DNA of 64,000 bases. Source: an uncultured delta proteobacterium. Lineage in GTDB: Bacteria; Myxococcota; Myxococcia; Myxococcales; Myxococcaceae. The DNA lies in assembly GCA_963776345.1 (NCBI GenBank), contig CAVZMH010000016.1:416001-480000 (forward strand), read 5' to 3'. A program made the translations under genes and the position numbers. Below are positions 21,211 to 30,846 of this stretch, in pieces. How positions within the stretch are numbered: the stretch's first letter is position 1; each line of letters opens with the position of its first letter. A model generated the notes under the pieces. The model was not told where the DNA came from, made no database searches, and was given only the letters and a program-made list of their open reading frames with translations.

Positions 21211-21417
21211 CTAGGGCTCGCCCTCGTCGCAATCCGAGCCGGGCTTCACGCAGGCGCAGCGGCAGTCCATGAACGTGAGCGCGGCGAGGACGCCGGCCAC
21301 GCCGAAGCAGACGCCGACCCACACGGTGTGTGAAGCGACGCCGCCGAGGACGCCCGCGACACCGCCCGAACCAAGGACCTGCAGGAGCTTGAGCACGACT
21401 CCCGTCGGATGGAGCAT
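21211..21417 (-). CDS. Small hypothetical membrane protein with a Cys-rich tail
   Basis: Two hydrophobic stretches followed by DCRCAC...DCD; GGAGG upstream of ATG 21417. Confidence 0.4.
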   Translation of the reverse strand: MLHPTGVVLKLLQVLGSGGVAGVLGGVASHTVWVGVCFGVAGVLAALTFMDCRCACVKPGSDCDEGEP

Positions 21418-21572
21418 CCGTCCGGCCTCCGGCCTTTGAGCTGCCCGTGCAGCCACGTCGTTCCTCCCCGTCCTTCCGGACCCAGGATCGGGTCCCAACC
21501 CGGGGTTCCGGCGGATGTTATGCCCACCCGGAAACCGGGGCCAACCGCACAGCTCCCGACACGAGCCCTACA

Positions 21573-21588
21573 TGCGAATCACGTGCCG
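21573..21588 (-). promoter_or_regulatory. Candidate sigma54 (-24/-12) promoter
   Basis: Minus strand CGGCACGTGATTCGCA = GG-N10-GC with GGCACG, in an intergenic region. Confidence 0.35.
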
Positions 21589-21740
21589 CAACAGCATGCC
21601 ACAAGCCTTCAGCTGAACCATCCCGGCGGTCACGAACCGGACCAGGTTCCGGCCGCTTGGACGCTCTCAAAACGAGCAAGAACTCGCACGCTGCGTCATC
21701 TCTCGCCCGCCAGGTGCCACCCGCGCTTCGCGCTCGGGCT

Positions 21741-22160
21741 TCAGTAGCCCTGGATGTACGACTGCATCTGCTCGATCAGGTACTGCTTGTCCGAGAGCAT
21801 CATCTGCATCACGTCCCGCATGGAGATGAGCCCGCTGGCGGCGCCCTCCTCGCCCACCAGGAGGTGCCGGGTCTCGTGCTCCTTCATCAGCGAGGCGCAC
21901 TCCACCTCGTTCAGGTCCGGGCCCACCACCGGGACGTCACGCCGCATCGCCTCGAGGATGGGCGTCTGGCAATCGAGCCCCCGCGAGAGGAGGCGGGTCA
22001 CGAGATCCCGCTCGGTGATGAGGCCCACGATGCGGCCGTCCTGCGTCACCGCGACCGCGCCGATGTGTCGCCTCGACATCAGCTCGGCTGCCTCACGGCA
22101 GGTGGCGTTCGCCTCGAGCCCGAGCACGTCACGGACCACGTAGCTGGAGATGCTGGCCAT
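21741..22160 (-). CDS. Tandem CBS domain protein
   Basis: EAAELM..HIGAVAV...GLITERD; LMKEHETRHLLV...GLISMRD. Confidence 0.88.
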   Translation of the reverse strand: MASISSYVVRDVLGLEANATCREAAELMSRRHIGAVAVTQDGRIVGLITERDLVTRLLSRGLDCQTPILEAMRRDVPVVGPDLNEVECASLMKEHETRHLLVGEEGAASGLISMRDVMQMMLSDKQYLIEQMQSYIQGY

Positions 22161-22275
22161 GGGGTCCCTCCTGTCCTTCTCCTGATTTCTACGCCCTTCC
22201 GGGTCCTCGTGCACGCCCGGGCCGGACGATAAAGGTCGATGGACGGCAGGGGAGCCGTGCCAGCCTGGGAGGGAC

Positions 22276-23943
22276 ATGGTCATCCACGGAGCGGTGCTGG
22301 TCGCGGTGACGCTGGCAGCGGGCACGCCGGACGCCCAGGAGACGCTGGGCCACGACTTCTGGCAGTGGCGGGCCGAGACGCAGCCCGCGAGCGCCGACGA
22401 CATCCCCCGGCTGGCCCGGCCGCCGGGGTGGACGCCGGACTGGTCGGCCGGGAGCATCGCCCGGCGGCGGACGACCCTGGCCAACCTCGAGAAGCGCTGG
22501 CGCGCCCTGCCCGTCGGGACCGACGTGCCGGACGAGGTGGACCGGCGGCTCCTCGGCTCGGCGCTGGCCCGCGTCCGCTGGGAGCTCGACGTCGTGGCCG
22601 GCTGGCGGCGGAACCCGGCCTTCTACGTGGAGCAGGCGCTGGGGAGCCCGTTCGAGCTGCTGGTCATCCCCCCGCCGTTCGACGACCAGCGGAGCCGGGA
22701 CGTGGTGCGCCGGCTCGAGGCCGTCCCGGCGATCCTGGACCAGGCCCGGGCGAACCTGGACCAGATCCGCGGTCCGTTCCTCCGCGTCGCGCTCGATGCG
22801 TTGAAGGACGTGCGGCCGCGACTGTCACGCATGGCGCAGGCGCTGGAGCCCGTGCTGGTCGGCGATGCGACGACGGCGATCGGCCCGGCGGCGGACAGGG
22901 CGTCCACCGCCCTGGAGGCATTCCAGGGGTGGCTGGAGGCGCGGGCGAAGGGGCTCCCGGAGAAGACGGCGGTGGGCCGCGAGGCGTACCTCTTCTTCCT
23001 CCGCGAGGTGGCCCTGGTCCCCTTCACCCCCGAGCAGCTGGTCGCGTCCGGGCGCCAGGAGCTGGACCGCGCGCTGAGCTTCGAGGCTCTGGCGCTGAAC
23101 CGGAGCCGATCCACCCCTCCCCTGCCCCTGCTCCCGAGCGCGACCGCGGTGGTCGAGCGCGAACGAGCGGACGAGGAGAAGGTCCGGAAGTTCTACCTGG
23201 ACCAGCACCTCCTCACCCTTCCGGCCTGGCTCGGGCACTACCGGTTCCGGCCGGTGCCGGAGTACCTCGCCCCGCTCGCCGAGGTGGGCGTCCTCGACGA
23301 CCTGACTGGCCCGGGGCGGCTGGACCAGGACGGGAGCGCGTACGTGGACACGCCCTCGGACCACATGGGCTACTTCCGGAGCGCGGCGGCGAAGGATCCG
23401 CGCCTCCAGATCATGCACGAGGGCGCCCACTACCTCCAGACCGCGCTCTCCTCGGCGAATCCGCGGCCGATCCGGCGTCACTACTACGACTCGGGACCGC
23501 CCGAGGGCCTCGCCTTCTACGACGAGGAGATGCTGCTCCAGGCCGGACTCTTCGACGAGAGCCCCCGGAGCCGGGACATCGTCTACAACATGATGCGGCT
23601 CCGGGCGCTGCGGGTGGAGGTCGACGTGAAGCTCGCGCTCGGCCAGTTCTCGCTGGACCAGGCGGCGGACTACCTCGCGACCACCGTGCCGATGGACCGC
23701 GCCACGGCCCGTGGCGAGGCGGCGTCGTTCGCCAGCGCGCCAGGCCAGGCCATCACCTACCAGACGGGGAAGCTGCAGATCCTCCGGCTCATCGCCGACG
23801 CCCGGCTCCGGCAGGGTGAGAAGTTCCGGATCCGCGACGTGCACGACTTCCTCTTCGTCAACGGGAACGTGCCGCTGTCGCTTCAGCGGTGGGAGTACCT
23901 TGGCCTGCGGGACGAGGTGGACGCGCTCGCGCGGCTGAAGTGA
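22276..23943 (+). CDS. DUF885-family secreted protein (metallopeptidase-like)
   Basis: Signal peptide; HEGAHYLQ, EGLAFYDEE, RALRVEVDVKL, PGQAITYQTG, HDFL. Confidence 0.8.
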   Translation: MVIHGAVLVAVTLAAGTPDAQETLGHDFWQWRAETQPASADDIPRLARPPGWTPDWSAGSIARRRTTLANLEKRWRALPVGTDVPDEVDRRLLGSALARVRWELDVVAGWRRNPAFYVEQALGSPFELLVIPPPFDDQRSRDVVRRLEAVPAILDQARANLDQIRGPFLRVALDALKDVRPRLSRMAQALEPVLVGDATTAIGPAADRASTALEAFQGWLEARAKGLPEKTAVGREAYLFFLREVALVPFTPEQLVASGRQELDRALSFEALALNRSRSTPPLPLLPSATAVVERERADEEKVRKFYLDQHLLTLPAWLGHYRFRPVPEYLAPLAEVGVLDDLTGPGRLDQDGSAYVDTPSDHMGYFRSAAAKDPRLQIMHEGAHYLQTALSSANPRPIRRHYYDSGPPEGLAFYDEEMLLQAGLFDESPRSRDIVYNMMRLRALRVEVDVKLALGQFSLDQAADYLATTVPMDRATARGEAASFASAPGQAITYQTGKLQILRLIADARLRQGEKFRIRDVHDFLFVNGNVPLSLQRWEYLGLRDEVDALARLK

Positions 23944-24002
23944 GGCGGGGCGTCGGGGATGACCCGCGCGGCAGGAGATGACCCGGAGGACTCCGCGCGC
24001 GC

Positions 24003-24314
24003 TCAGCGCCAGCGCATGACCAGCGTCCGGCGCCCGTCGTGCTCAACGACGAGCTCCCAGCTCGCCCGCGGATGGGCCGCCGGGGGGCGCGCGCGGACCG
24101 GCGCCGGGGCGAGGCGAACCATCTCCACGGAACGGCGCGGGGCGCGGGGACGCAGCTCGAGGAGCGCCAGCGCCGCGACGAGACAGGCCGCCGCGAGGAC
24201 CGGGCCCGGCCCGGCCTCTGCGACGATGAGCGCGGGCACGGCGAGCAGCACGGAGGAGAGCGTGACGCCACGGGTCCGGGCCTCGGAGGCGTTCGACCTG
24301 AAGGTGGACAGCAG
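24003..24314 (-). CDS. Small hypothetical membrane protein; start uncertain (CTG near 24314 or GTG 24251)
   Basis: Two hydrophobic segments; strong AAAAGGAG upstream of in-frame CTG codons. Confidence 0.35.
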   Translation of the reverse strand: MLSTFRSNASEARTRGVTLSSVLLAVPALIVAEAGPGPVLAAACLVAALALLELRPRAPRRSVEMVRLAPAPVRARPPAAHPRASWELVVEHDGRRTLVMRWR

Positions 24315-24551
24315 CAGGCAGCTCCTTTTCGTGTGACCGTTGTGTGACGACCACGTGCCTCAGACGTTGCATTCATTGAACCACGAGTTGAGTCCAAGTC
24401 AAAACAAGGACTTACTGTAGGCCAATGTGTCATTCTTGTGGCGTCCGGAGCGACATCCCGCTGCACATCTCCGGCAGCAGGCCCGGGCATGACACGGTCC
24501 CTGGCGGTTCCGTTTGCACGCCCCCCGCAGCGCTGGCACGAAGCGAGACCG

Positions 24552-25796
24552 GTGGACACGCGTCCGATCGACGTCTTGCTGTACGGAGCCGGCGGCTTCA
24601 CCGGCCGGCAGACGGTGGCCGAGCTCGCGCGGCACGCTCCGCCCGGCCTTCGCTGGGCACTCGCGGGGCGCCACCGCGCGAAGCTCGAGGCCGCGCGCGA
24701 CGCGGCGGACGGGCCCGGGCGTCCGGCGGAGATCCTCGAGGCGGACAGCGCGAGGCCGGACACGGTCGACGCAGCGGTCTCGCGCGCGCGGGTGGTGGTG
24801 AGCACCGCGGGCCCGTTCGCGGTGTACGGGAACGCGGTGGTGGACGCCTGCGTCCGGCACCGGGCGCACTACGTGGACATCACGGGGGAGACGCCCTGGG
24901 TGGCCGACCTCATCGAGCGGCACCACGTGCAGGCGGCCGCGGACGGCACGCGCATCATCCCCTTCTGCGGCTTCGACTCGGTGCCGAGCGACCTCGGCGC
25001 GCTGATGGTCGTGGAGCATCTCCGGAGCCGCGGGACGGCATGCACGGAGGTCGTCGCGGCGTTCCGCTTCCGGGGCGGGCTCAACGGCGGGACCGCAGCG
25101 ACGGCGGTGCAGCTCTTCGAGAGCGGGCAGGCCCGCCGGTCCGGGCACCCGTTCCTCCTGAACGGCCCCGGGCGCGAGCGGCTGTCCCGCGAGGTCTTCC
25201 TCCGGGAGCGGGACCCGAAGGGCGTGCGCTGGAACCCCGAGCTGCGCCGGTGGCTCACGCCGTTCGTGATGGCGATGGTCAACACGCGGGTGGTGCGCCG
25301 GAGCGCGGCGCTCGCCGCAGAGGCCGGGACCCCGTACGGGGCGCAGTTCTCCTACCGGGAATTCATGGCCGCCCGGACCCGGATGCAGGCCACGGTGATC
25401 GCGGTCGGGCTGGCCGGGGCGCAGCTCGCGCTCGCCTCACCGCTGCGGCCGGTGCTCAAGCGGATGCTGCCGGCGCCCGGGACCGGGCCGTCGGAGGAGG
25501 TGCGCCGGAGCGGCTGGTTCCGGGTGGACCTGGTGGCGATGGGCGAGGATGGACGCCGGGCGTTCGGGCTGGTGAAGGACCAGGGCGACCCCGGGAACGC
25601 GGTGACGGTGAAGTGCCTCTGCGAGTCAGCGCTGGCGCTGGCCGTCGACGGCGCGAAGCTCCCGGGTGGGCCGGCGCGAGGGGGAGTCCTCACGCCGGCC
25701 ACCGGTCTGGGTCAGGTGCTCGTCGACCGGCTCCGGACGCGGGGGATGGTGCTCCAGGCGGCGGACGTGCCGATCGACGGATCCGCGTCGGGTTGA
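24552..25796 (+). CDS. Saccharopine dehydrogenase-like / trans-acting enoyl reductase family oxidoreductase
   Basis: LYGAGGFTG, ALAGR, TAGPF..YG, YVDITGE, CGFDSVPSD, GGVLTPA. Confidence 0.88.
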   Translation: MDTRPIDVLLYGAGGFTGRQTVAELARHAPPGLRWALAGRHRAKLEAARDAADGPGRPAEILEADSARPDTVDAAVSRARVVVSTAGPFAVYGNAVVDACVRHRAHYVDITGETPWVADLIERHHVQAAADGTRIIPFCGFDSVPSDLGALMVVEHLRSRGTACTEVVAAFRFRGGLNGGTAATAVQLFESGQARRSGHPFLLNGPGRERLSREVFLRERDPKGVRWNPELRRWLTPFVMAMVNTRVVRRSAALAAEAGTPYGAQFSYREFMAARTRMQATVIAVGLAGAQLALASPLRPVLKRMLPAPGTGPSEEVRRSGWFRVDLVAMGEDGRRAFGLVKDQGDPGNAVTVKCLCESALALAVDGAKLPGGPARGGVLTPATGLGQVLVDRLRTRGMVLQAADVPIDGSASG

Positions 25797-25800
25797 AGCG

Positions 25801-26076
25801 CTACTGGCAGAAGCTCTTGCCCCCGAGGGATCCCGAGCAGGTCTGCCCGGTCGGGCAATCCGTGTTGGTCTTGCAGACCTTCGCGCAGCGGATGTGACCG
25901 AGGCAGAGGTAACCCTTCGGGCACGGGTCCTCGGCGTCGCAGACGATGTGGGCGGCCGGCTGGTGCGAGGCGAGGTCGACGGCGGGGGTCGACGGCTCGT
26001 CCATCGAGCCTCCACCGCATCCGAGTCCGAGCACCACGAACGCGAGAACTCCAACACCGCGCAGCAGACGCTTCAT
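25801..26076 (-). CDS. Small Cys-rich lipoprotein
   Basis: Lipobox LGLGC followed by 8 regularly spaced Cys; GAGGAGG RBS. Confidence 0.65.
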   Translation of the reverse strand: MKRLLRGVGVLAFVVLGLGCGGGSMDEPSTPAVDLASHQPAAHIVCDAEDPCPKGYLCLGHIRCAKVCKTNTDCPTGQTCSGSLGGKSFCQ

Positions 26077-26254
26077 CGGGAAACCCTCCTCAGGACACCA
26101 CCGGATGGATGGCGTCGGCGGATGAGGCCCGAGCGCGGGACGGCGAACAAGCGAGCTGATCTGGACATGCAATCTCGTGGCAGGTCTCCCGCCGCATGGA
26201 GCTAGGCTCGCCCACCACGTGGCTCGAGGAGGCTTGGCCCGCGGGAGTACCGAG

Positions 26255-26753
26255 ATGAGACTCCAGCTCGCCGTGGGGCTGGCTCTGGTCGTCGTGGCAC
26301 CTGCGGCCCACGCCCAGGCCCTCGAGAAGCCCTGCTCGGTCTTGAAGACCGCCGAGGCGGGTGGGGGTGGTCGGGCGGAAGGTGACCATGCCGCCGTGCG
26401 ACACCGAGGCGCTCGGGAGGTCGAACGAAGTCGGCTGCGCCTGGATGACCGACTCGGGGAAGGTGATGGTGACGATGAACCTCAGCCGGGTGCTTCCGGG
26501 CGCGCGCTTGACGACCAGCCAGCTCGCGCCCGGCTACAAGCAGCTGGGGTTCAAGGTCGAGGTGACTGACGAGACCTCCGCGATCTGGTGCGCGATCATC
26601 GAGCCGCCCCAGGGGCAGCCCCTGCCCCGTCACGCCGAGTGCCAGACCATGACCAAGGGCTTCTCGGTGCGGCTTGACGTCTTCGGGCCGATGGTCACAC
26701 CGGCGCAGGTGAAGCCGCTGCGGGAGACGGTCGTCTCCCGGCTGCCGTCCTGA
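26255..26753 (+). CDS. Secreted hypothetical protein; frameshift in the G-run near 26360-26368
   Basis: Signal peptide MRLQLAVGLALVVVAPAAHA-Q, PCSVL..AE; continues in another frame (GCAW...WCAII...ECQ). Confidence 0.5.
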
Positions 26754-26847
26754 GCCGCGAACGAGCTCCCGGTCCACTCCTCGCTCCGCGGGTCCCTGTC
26801 CGCTCGCTCCGCGCCACGCGCGTTCTGTAGTAGTGAGAGCCGGTGAC

Positions 26848-26921
26848 GGCCCCGTAGCTCAGTTGGATAGAGCGAGCGTTTCCTAAACGCTAGGTCACAG
26901 GTTCGATCCCTGTCGGGGTCA
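26848..26921 (+). tRNA. tRNA-Arg(CCT)
   Basis: GGCCCCG acceptor, TAGCTCAGTTGGATAGAGC D-arm, stem AGCGT/ACGCT with loop TTCCTAA, GGTTCGATCC; CCA not encoded. Confidence 0.96.
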
Positions 26922-27009
26922 CATCGCGGAAGGGCCCGCCATCGCATTCTCGCAGCAGCTCGGCGTGGATCGGAGGGACGAAGGCGCTCCGACAGGCCGG
27001 CCGTTCACG

Positions 27010-27552
27010 TCAGGAGAGGGCACCGGCGGTGGCGGGTCCAGCCGAGCGATCGGCCCTCTCGCGACGCGACCCTCGCCAGTGCTGGAGCAGGGCGTCGACC
27101 GACCAGGGCCCCGGTCCGCTGACGAGCAGAAAGGCGCAGGACATGAGTTGCGCGTAGTCGGAACGGCTCTCGTGCAGCACCGCCCACCAGCCCACGACGG
27201 GGGGGGCGGCCGGTTTGGGCAAAGGCGACGTCCCGAAATAGAGCCCGATCTTCGTCGAAAGGACGGCCACCACCATCTCGACGATGAAGGGCACGCTGAT
27301 CAGACGCGTTCCCAGACCACTCATCAGCAGAAGCCCACCGCCAACTTCCAGGAGAGCGATGGCAGGCGCGAGCACCCCCGGCATCGGCATCCCCAGCTTC
27401 GTGAACCGGCCCACGCCCTGGTTCACGTATGCGAACTTGAGCAGGCCCTCGGAGAGAAACACCCCGCCGGCCATCAGCCGAATGACAAGCGTGGACCTCG
27501 GCCCGGAGGTCGGAGGCTGCGTGAAGAGGCGGACGACGTCTTTGAAACGCAT
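27010..27552 (-). CDS. DoxX-family membrane protein
   Basis: IRLMAGGVFLSEGLLKF, EVGGGLLLMSGLGTR, GPGPWSVD. Confidence 0.88.
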   Translation of the reverse strand: MRFKDVVRLFTQPPTSGPRSTLVIRLMAGGVFLSEGLLKFAYVNQGVGRFTKLGMPMPGVLAPAIALLEVGGGLLLMSGLGTRLISVPFIVEMVVAVLSTKIGLYFGTSPLPKPAAPPVVGWWAVLHESRSDYAQLMSCAFLLVSGPGPWSVDALLQHWRGSRRERADRSAGPATAGALS

Positions 27553-27724
27553 CGTGTGATCTCCTGAGGGCCCGATTGGGAGCCGGTACGGAACAGATTC
27601 GACCGGGGCGCCATCTATTCCCTGACCCTGGACGAGCGACCGCGGAGACCCTGCACGACCCAGGAAACGAGCCACGCCGCCGAGGAGGCGGCAATCGCCG
27701 CCCCAGGAGACGTAGGATGCCGCC

Positions 27725-27949
27725 ATGAAGCTCGCGCTGTCGGACCTTCACGCCGGTCACTGGCTCAAGTGCGTTCAGGCTTTCAGCGCGCACCCGGAGG
27801 GCGCCCCGACGGAATCGGTCCGGGTGTCGGTGGGGTCGCTCTGGCGGGTCTCTGCGGTGGAGGCCGAGAGCGTTCTCCTCGACGCCCAGAGCAGCCCTCA
27901 GACCATCAGGGTCCACAGGGACAGACTGGACCACCTGGTCCAGCACTAG
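27725..27949 (+). CDS. Small hypothetical protein
   Basis: 74-aa ORF with AGGA upstream; no recognisable motif. Confidence 0.35.
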   Translation: MKLALSDLHAGHWLKCVQAFSAHPEGAPTESVRVSVGSLWRVSAVEAESVLLDAQSSPQTIRVHRDRLDHLVQH

Positions 27950-27970
27950 TCCTGCTGATCATCGCCCCCG

Positions 27971-28405
27971 TCAGCCTCGCCCCGCGGAGGGCATCAGGAG
28001 CCGCGTGAACGGCCCCGCGTTGGCGAGCGTGGACCGCTGGGCCCACGACTTCACCGATTCGGTGAGCTGCGAGTAGACCGGGTGCAGCGGACACGGGTTC
28101 CTCAGGTCGCAGCTGGAGAACCCGAACGCGCACTCCTTGAGATCGAGCCACTCGTCGACCGCCTCGAGGATCTCCCCCAGGGAGATGTCCTCCGGCGGCC
28201 GGGCCAGCCGGAAGCCGCCGTGGTGGCCCTTCACGCTCACCAGCAGCTTCGCCTCCACCAGCCTGCGGAGGATCTTCGAGAGGTAGTCGGTCGGGACGCG
28301 CGAGGGCCCGGCCAGGTCACGGGTCCGGGCGGTCGCGCCGGGACCCAGCGCCGTCAGGACGGTCATCGCACGCAACGCGTACTGGGCGGTCTGCGACAGG
28401 ACCAC
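27971..28405 (-). CDS. Rrf2-family transcriptional regulator with 3 Cys (Fe-S type)
   Basis: YALRAM, YLSKILRRL, SVKGHHGGFRLARP, CAFG..SC....PCPLH. Confidence 0.92.
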   Translation of the reverse strand: MVLSQTAQYALRAMTVLTALGPGATARTRDLAGPSRVPTDYLSKILRRLVEAKLLVSVKGHHGGFRLARPPEDISLGEILEAVDEWLDLKECAFGFSSCDLRNPCPLHPVYSQLTESVKSWAQRSTLANAGPFTRLLMPSAGRG

Positions 28406-28411
28406 GCGCGC

Positions 28412-28852
28412 TCAGCCGCCCTTGCACGCGGCGGGGGCCGCGCCGGCGTTGGAGAGGGTGCACCGCACCGCCGGAGCCGTGACCCCGCACATCTGGGCCA
28501 GCTTGGAGGCGATCGCCGTGACGCGGTCCTCCAGCTCGGACTGGACCGCCCTTTCCTTCGCGGCACCCGGCCACCGCGCGGTCACCTGCACCGTCGTGTC
28601 GCGCTCACCCGGCTTCATTTCCACCGCGAGCGTACCCGCGGGCACGATCGACGGATGGAGGAATTGCGGGCCGATCGTCCACCGCCGATCCTTCTCCACC
28701 CGCTTGGCCGACATCCCCAGCTCCTTGACCGCGTGGTCGAGGCAGGCATCGAGCTCACGGCTGACCGGAGTGGTCGCCTCCAGCGTGGTGCCGGCCGGGT
28801 CTCCCCCGGCGCCGGTTCCCAGGAGCAGCAGCATCAGTCCGAAGCCCGTCAT
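28412..28852 (-). CDS. Secreted hypothetical protein in the nos operon
   Basis: GAGGAG RBS, hydrophobic N-terminus, 4 Cys; lies tightly between nosB and rrf2. Confidence 0.65.
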   Translation of the reverse strand: MTGFGLMLLLLGTGAGGDPAGTTLEATTPVSRELDACLDHAVKELGMSAKRVEKDRRWTIGPQFLHPSIVPAGTLAVEMKPGERDTTVQVTARWPGAAKERAVQSELEDRVTAIASKLAQMCGVTAPAVRCTLSNAGAAPAACKGG

Positions 28853-28874
28853 GCGCGTCTCCTCGAGATGCCGC

Positions 28875-29534
28875 TCAACCGTGCACCGCTACCGCCGCGC
28901 CGGGCGCCAGCGAGGCGCGCGCCCGCTTCCGCCCCAGCACCAGGTGCCACACCGTGAGCGCGGCCACTCCCAGCCCGAAGGCCAGGAGAAGCCAGCTGCC
29001 CAGCTGGGGATAGGAGTAGGTCTCGAAGTTGGCCACCGTCCGGTGCCCGATGATGACCGGCATGAACGGCTGCACCTTCATCGGGGCGTGCGGATCGAGG
29101 TCGTGTCCGAACACCCAGAGCCGGTAGACGAAGCGCCCGAAGGCGAACAGCGAGACGTAGCCCGTCCCGACCAGCAGGTCGATCAGGTCACGCACGTTGC
29201 CCACCGCGGCCGCGCGCAGCGCCAGCAGCGCCATGGCGCCGAGGGCGAAGGGGAGCCAGTCGAGATCCGCCGACGCGGTCGCGTCGAGCCTGTGCATCCC
29301 GATGTAGTGGTTGAGGACGTTGATCTCCTTGATGTCCTGCCCGTCGTTGCCACCCGCGATCTTGTAAGCGTACACGTCCATCTTGAGGCCCTGCGGGTAC
29401 TGCGGCGCCACCATGGAGATGCGCCACAGCGGGGCGGTGAACGCCAGCACCAGCGGCACCACCAGCAGCGCCAGCGCGATCCGCGCCTTGAACATCATCG
29501 GCTGGTTGAGGAACTCGTAGAACTTGGTGAGCAT
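28875..29534 (-). CDS. nosB: Clade II nos accessory membrane protein (NosB-like)
   Basis: PLWRISMVAPQYPQGL, INVLNHYIGM, GHDLDPHAP, four TM segments; start overlaps the nosY stop. Confidence 0.75.
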   Translation of the reverse strand: MLTKFYEFLNQPMMFKARIALALLVVPLVLAFTAPLWRISMVAPQYPQGLKMDVYAYKIAGGNDGQDIKEINVLNHYIGMHRLDATASADLDWLPFALGAMALLALRAAAVGNVRDLIDLLVGTGYVSLFAFGRFVYRLWVFGHDLDPHAPMKVQPFMPVIIGHRTVANFETYSYPQLGSWLLLAFGLGVAALTVWHLVLGRKRARASLAPGAAVAVHG

Positions 29535-30382
29535 CAGACCAGGTCCGCCTTTCTGAAGTGGAGGCTCGCGCCGACCCAGGCCAGGACGCCGAAGACCCAG
29601 GGCCAGCTCACGCCGAGCAGGTAGAGCCACCCCGGGCCGATCCGGTTGGCGAGGTAGAAGCCGACCGGCCCGAGCACCGTCAGGTCCGGCGACGCCCCCG
29701 AGAGGAGCGCCATCCGCGCCGCCTGCACCGGGTTGAGCGAGGCCAGCAGGAAGACGGTGTACGGGTTGAGCCGCCACTGCAGCATCAGCCCCACCAGCCC
29801 GAAGTCCACCAGCACCACCGCGAAGGCCCACAGCACCAGCACCCAGCTCACCGCCCGCGCCTGGCTGCGGACCGCGGTGGAGACGGCGATCCCCAGCCCC
29901 ACGAAGGCCGCCACCAGCCCCGCGCAGATGGCCATGGACTGGAACACGAAGCCCCAGTTGACCTGCTGTCCGAAGGCGAACCGCCCGAGCAGCGCCATCA
30001 CCCCCATCAGCAGGGCGAGCGGCACCACCAGCACCGCGTACCGGGTGAGGGTGACGGCGAGGAAATACGAGCTCCGCCGGATGGGGTGGCTGAACAGCAG
30101 CTCCAGGGTGCCGTCCTCGCGGGCCCGGTTGATGACCTGCCCGGTCGCGGTCAACGCCAGGAGCGGCAGGAGCAGAAGCAGCGCGTGAACCATCGAGAGC
30201 AGCGCCCGCCCCATCCCCGAGAAGCCGACCACCATCGACTCGCGCATCCCGATGAAGACGAAGCCGGCCCCCAGCACCGCGTAGGTCAGCGCGCAGACGA
30301 GCATCCAGCGGGACCGGAGCACCTCGGCGAGCTCCAGCCGGCTCACCGCCCAGACCTCCTTGTGCAGCGTGACCGGCCTCAT
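29534..30382 (-). CDS. nosY: ABC transporter permease NosY
   Basis: REDGTLELLFSHPI, LNPVQAAR, multiple TMs; nos context. Confidence 0.85.
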   Translation of the reverse strand: MRPVTLHKEVWAVSRLELAEVLRSRWMLVCALTYAVLGAGFVFIGMRESMVVGFSGMGRALLSMVHALLLLLPLLALTATGQVINRAREDGTLELLFSHPIRRSSYFLAVTLTRYAVLVVPLALLMGVMALLGRFAFGQQVNWGFVFQSMAICAGLVAAFVGLGIAVSTAVRSQARAVSWVLVLWAFAVVLVDFGLVGLMLQWRLNPYTVFLLASLNPVQAARMALLSGASPDLTVLGPVGFYLANRIGPGWLYLLGVSWPWVFGVLAWVGASLHFRKADLV

Positions 30383-30846
30383 GAGCCACCCCGCTCGCTG
30401 CGCTTCGCCTTGACCCGCGCCGCTGCCTCTTCCCAGCTGATCGCTCCCGGCGTCCCGCGCTCGACCACGCCGAGGCCGAAGCCCATGGGCGTCTCGCCGA
30501 CGTCGACGAAGGCCGCGGACGCTCTGGGCACCCAGCGGTCCTCCCGGTAGGCCCGGAGCCACACCGCCCGGGGCTGCTCCCGCGACTCGTCCAGCCAGGT
30601 GATCAGGCACCCCGGATCGTCGAAGTCGAGCACCGAGCCGTCCGCCAGCTGCGCCTGGGCGGCGAGGCGCGGGTCACCCACCTGCATGTGGCAATGGGCG
30701 CAGGCCTCCTTGTCGTAGACGATCGGCACCGGTCCCTCGGGCCGCGCCTGCGAGCGCACCAGCAGACCGACGAAGGCCCCGGCGGCGGCCACCCCCACCG
30801 CGGCCAGCACCGGTCCCACCGGGAAGCGTCGGGCCCGCCCGGTCAC
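30379..30846 (-). CDS. nosL: Copper chaperone NosL
   Basis: CAHCHM, FDDPGCL, TPMGFG. Confidence 0.85.
   Translation of the reverse strand: MTGRARRFPVGPVLAAVGVAAAGAFVGLLVRSQARPEGPVPIVYDKEACAHCHMQVGDPRLAAQAQLADGSVLDFDDPGCLITWLDESREQPRAVWLRAYREDRWVPRASAAFVDVGETPMGFGLGVVERGTPGAISWEEAAARVKAKRSERGGS

Noticed and set aside
21588..21601. TGGCATGCTGTTGC on the minus strand as a sigma54 site
   Set aside because: Spacing is GG-N9-GC, one base short of the strict requirement.
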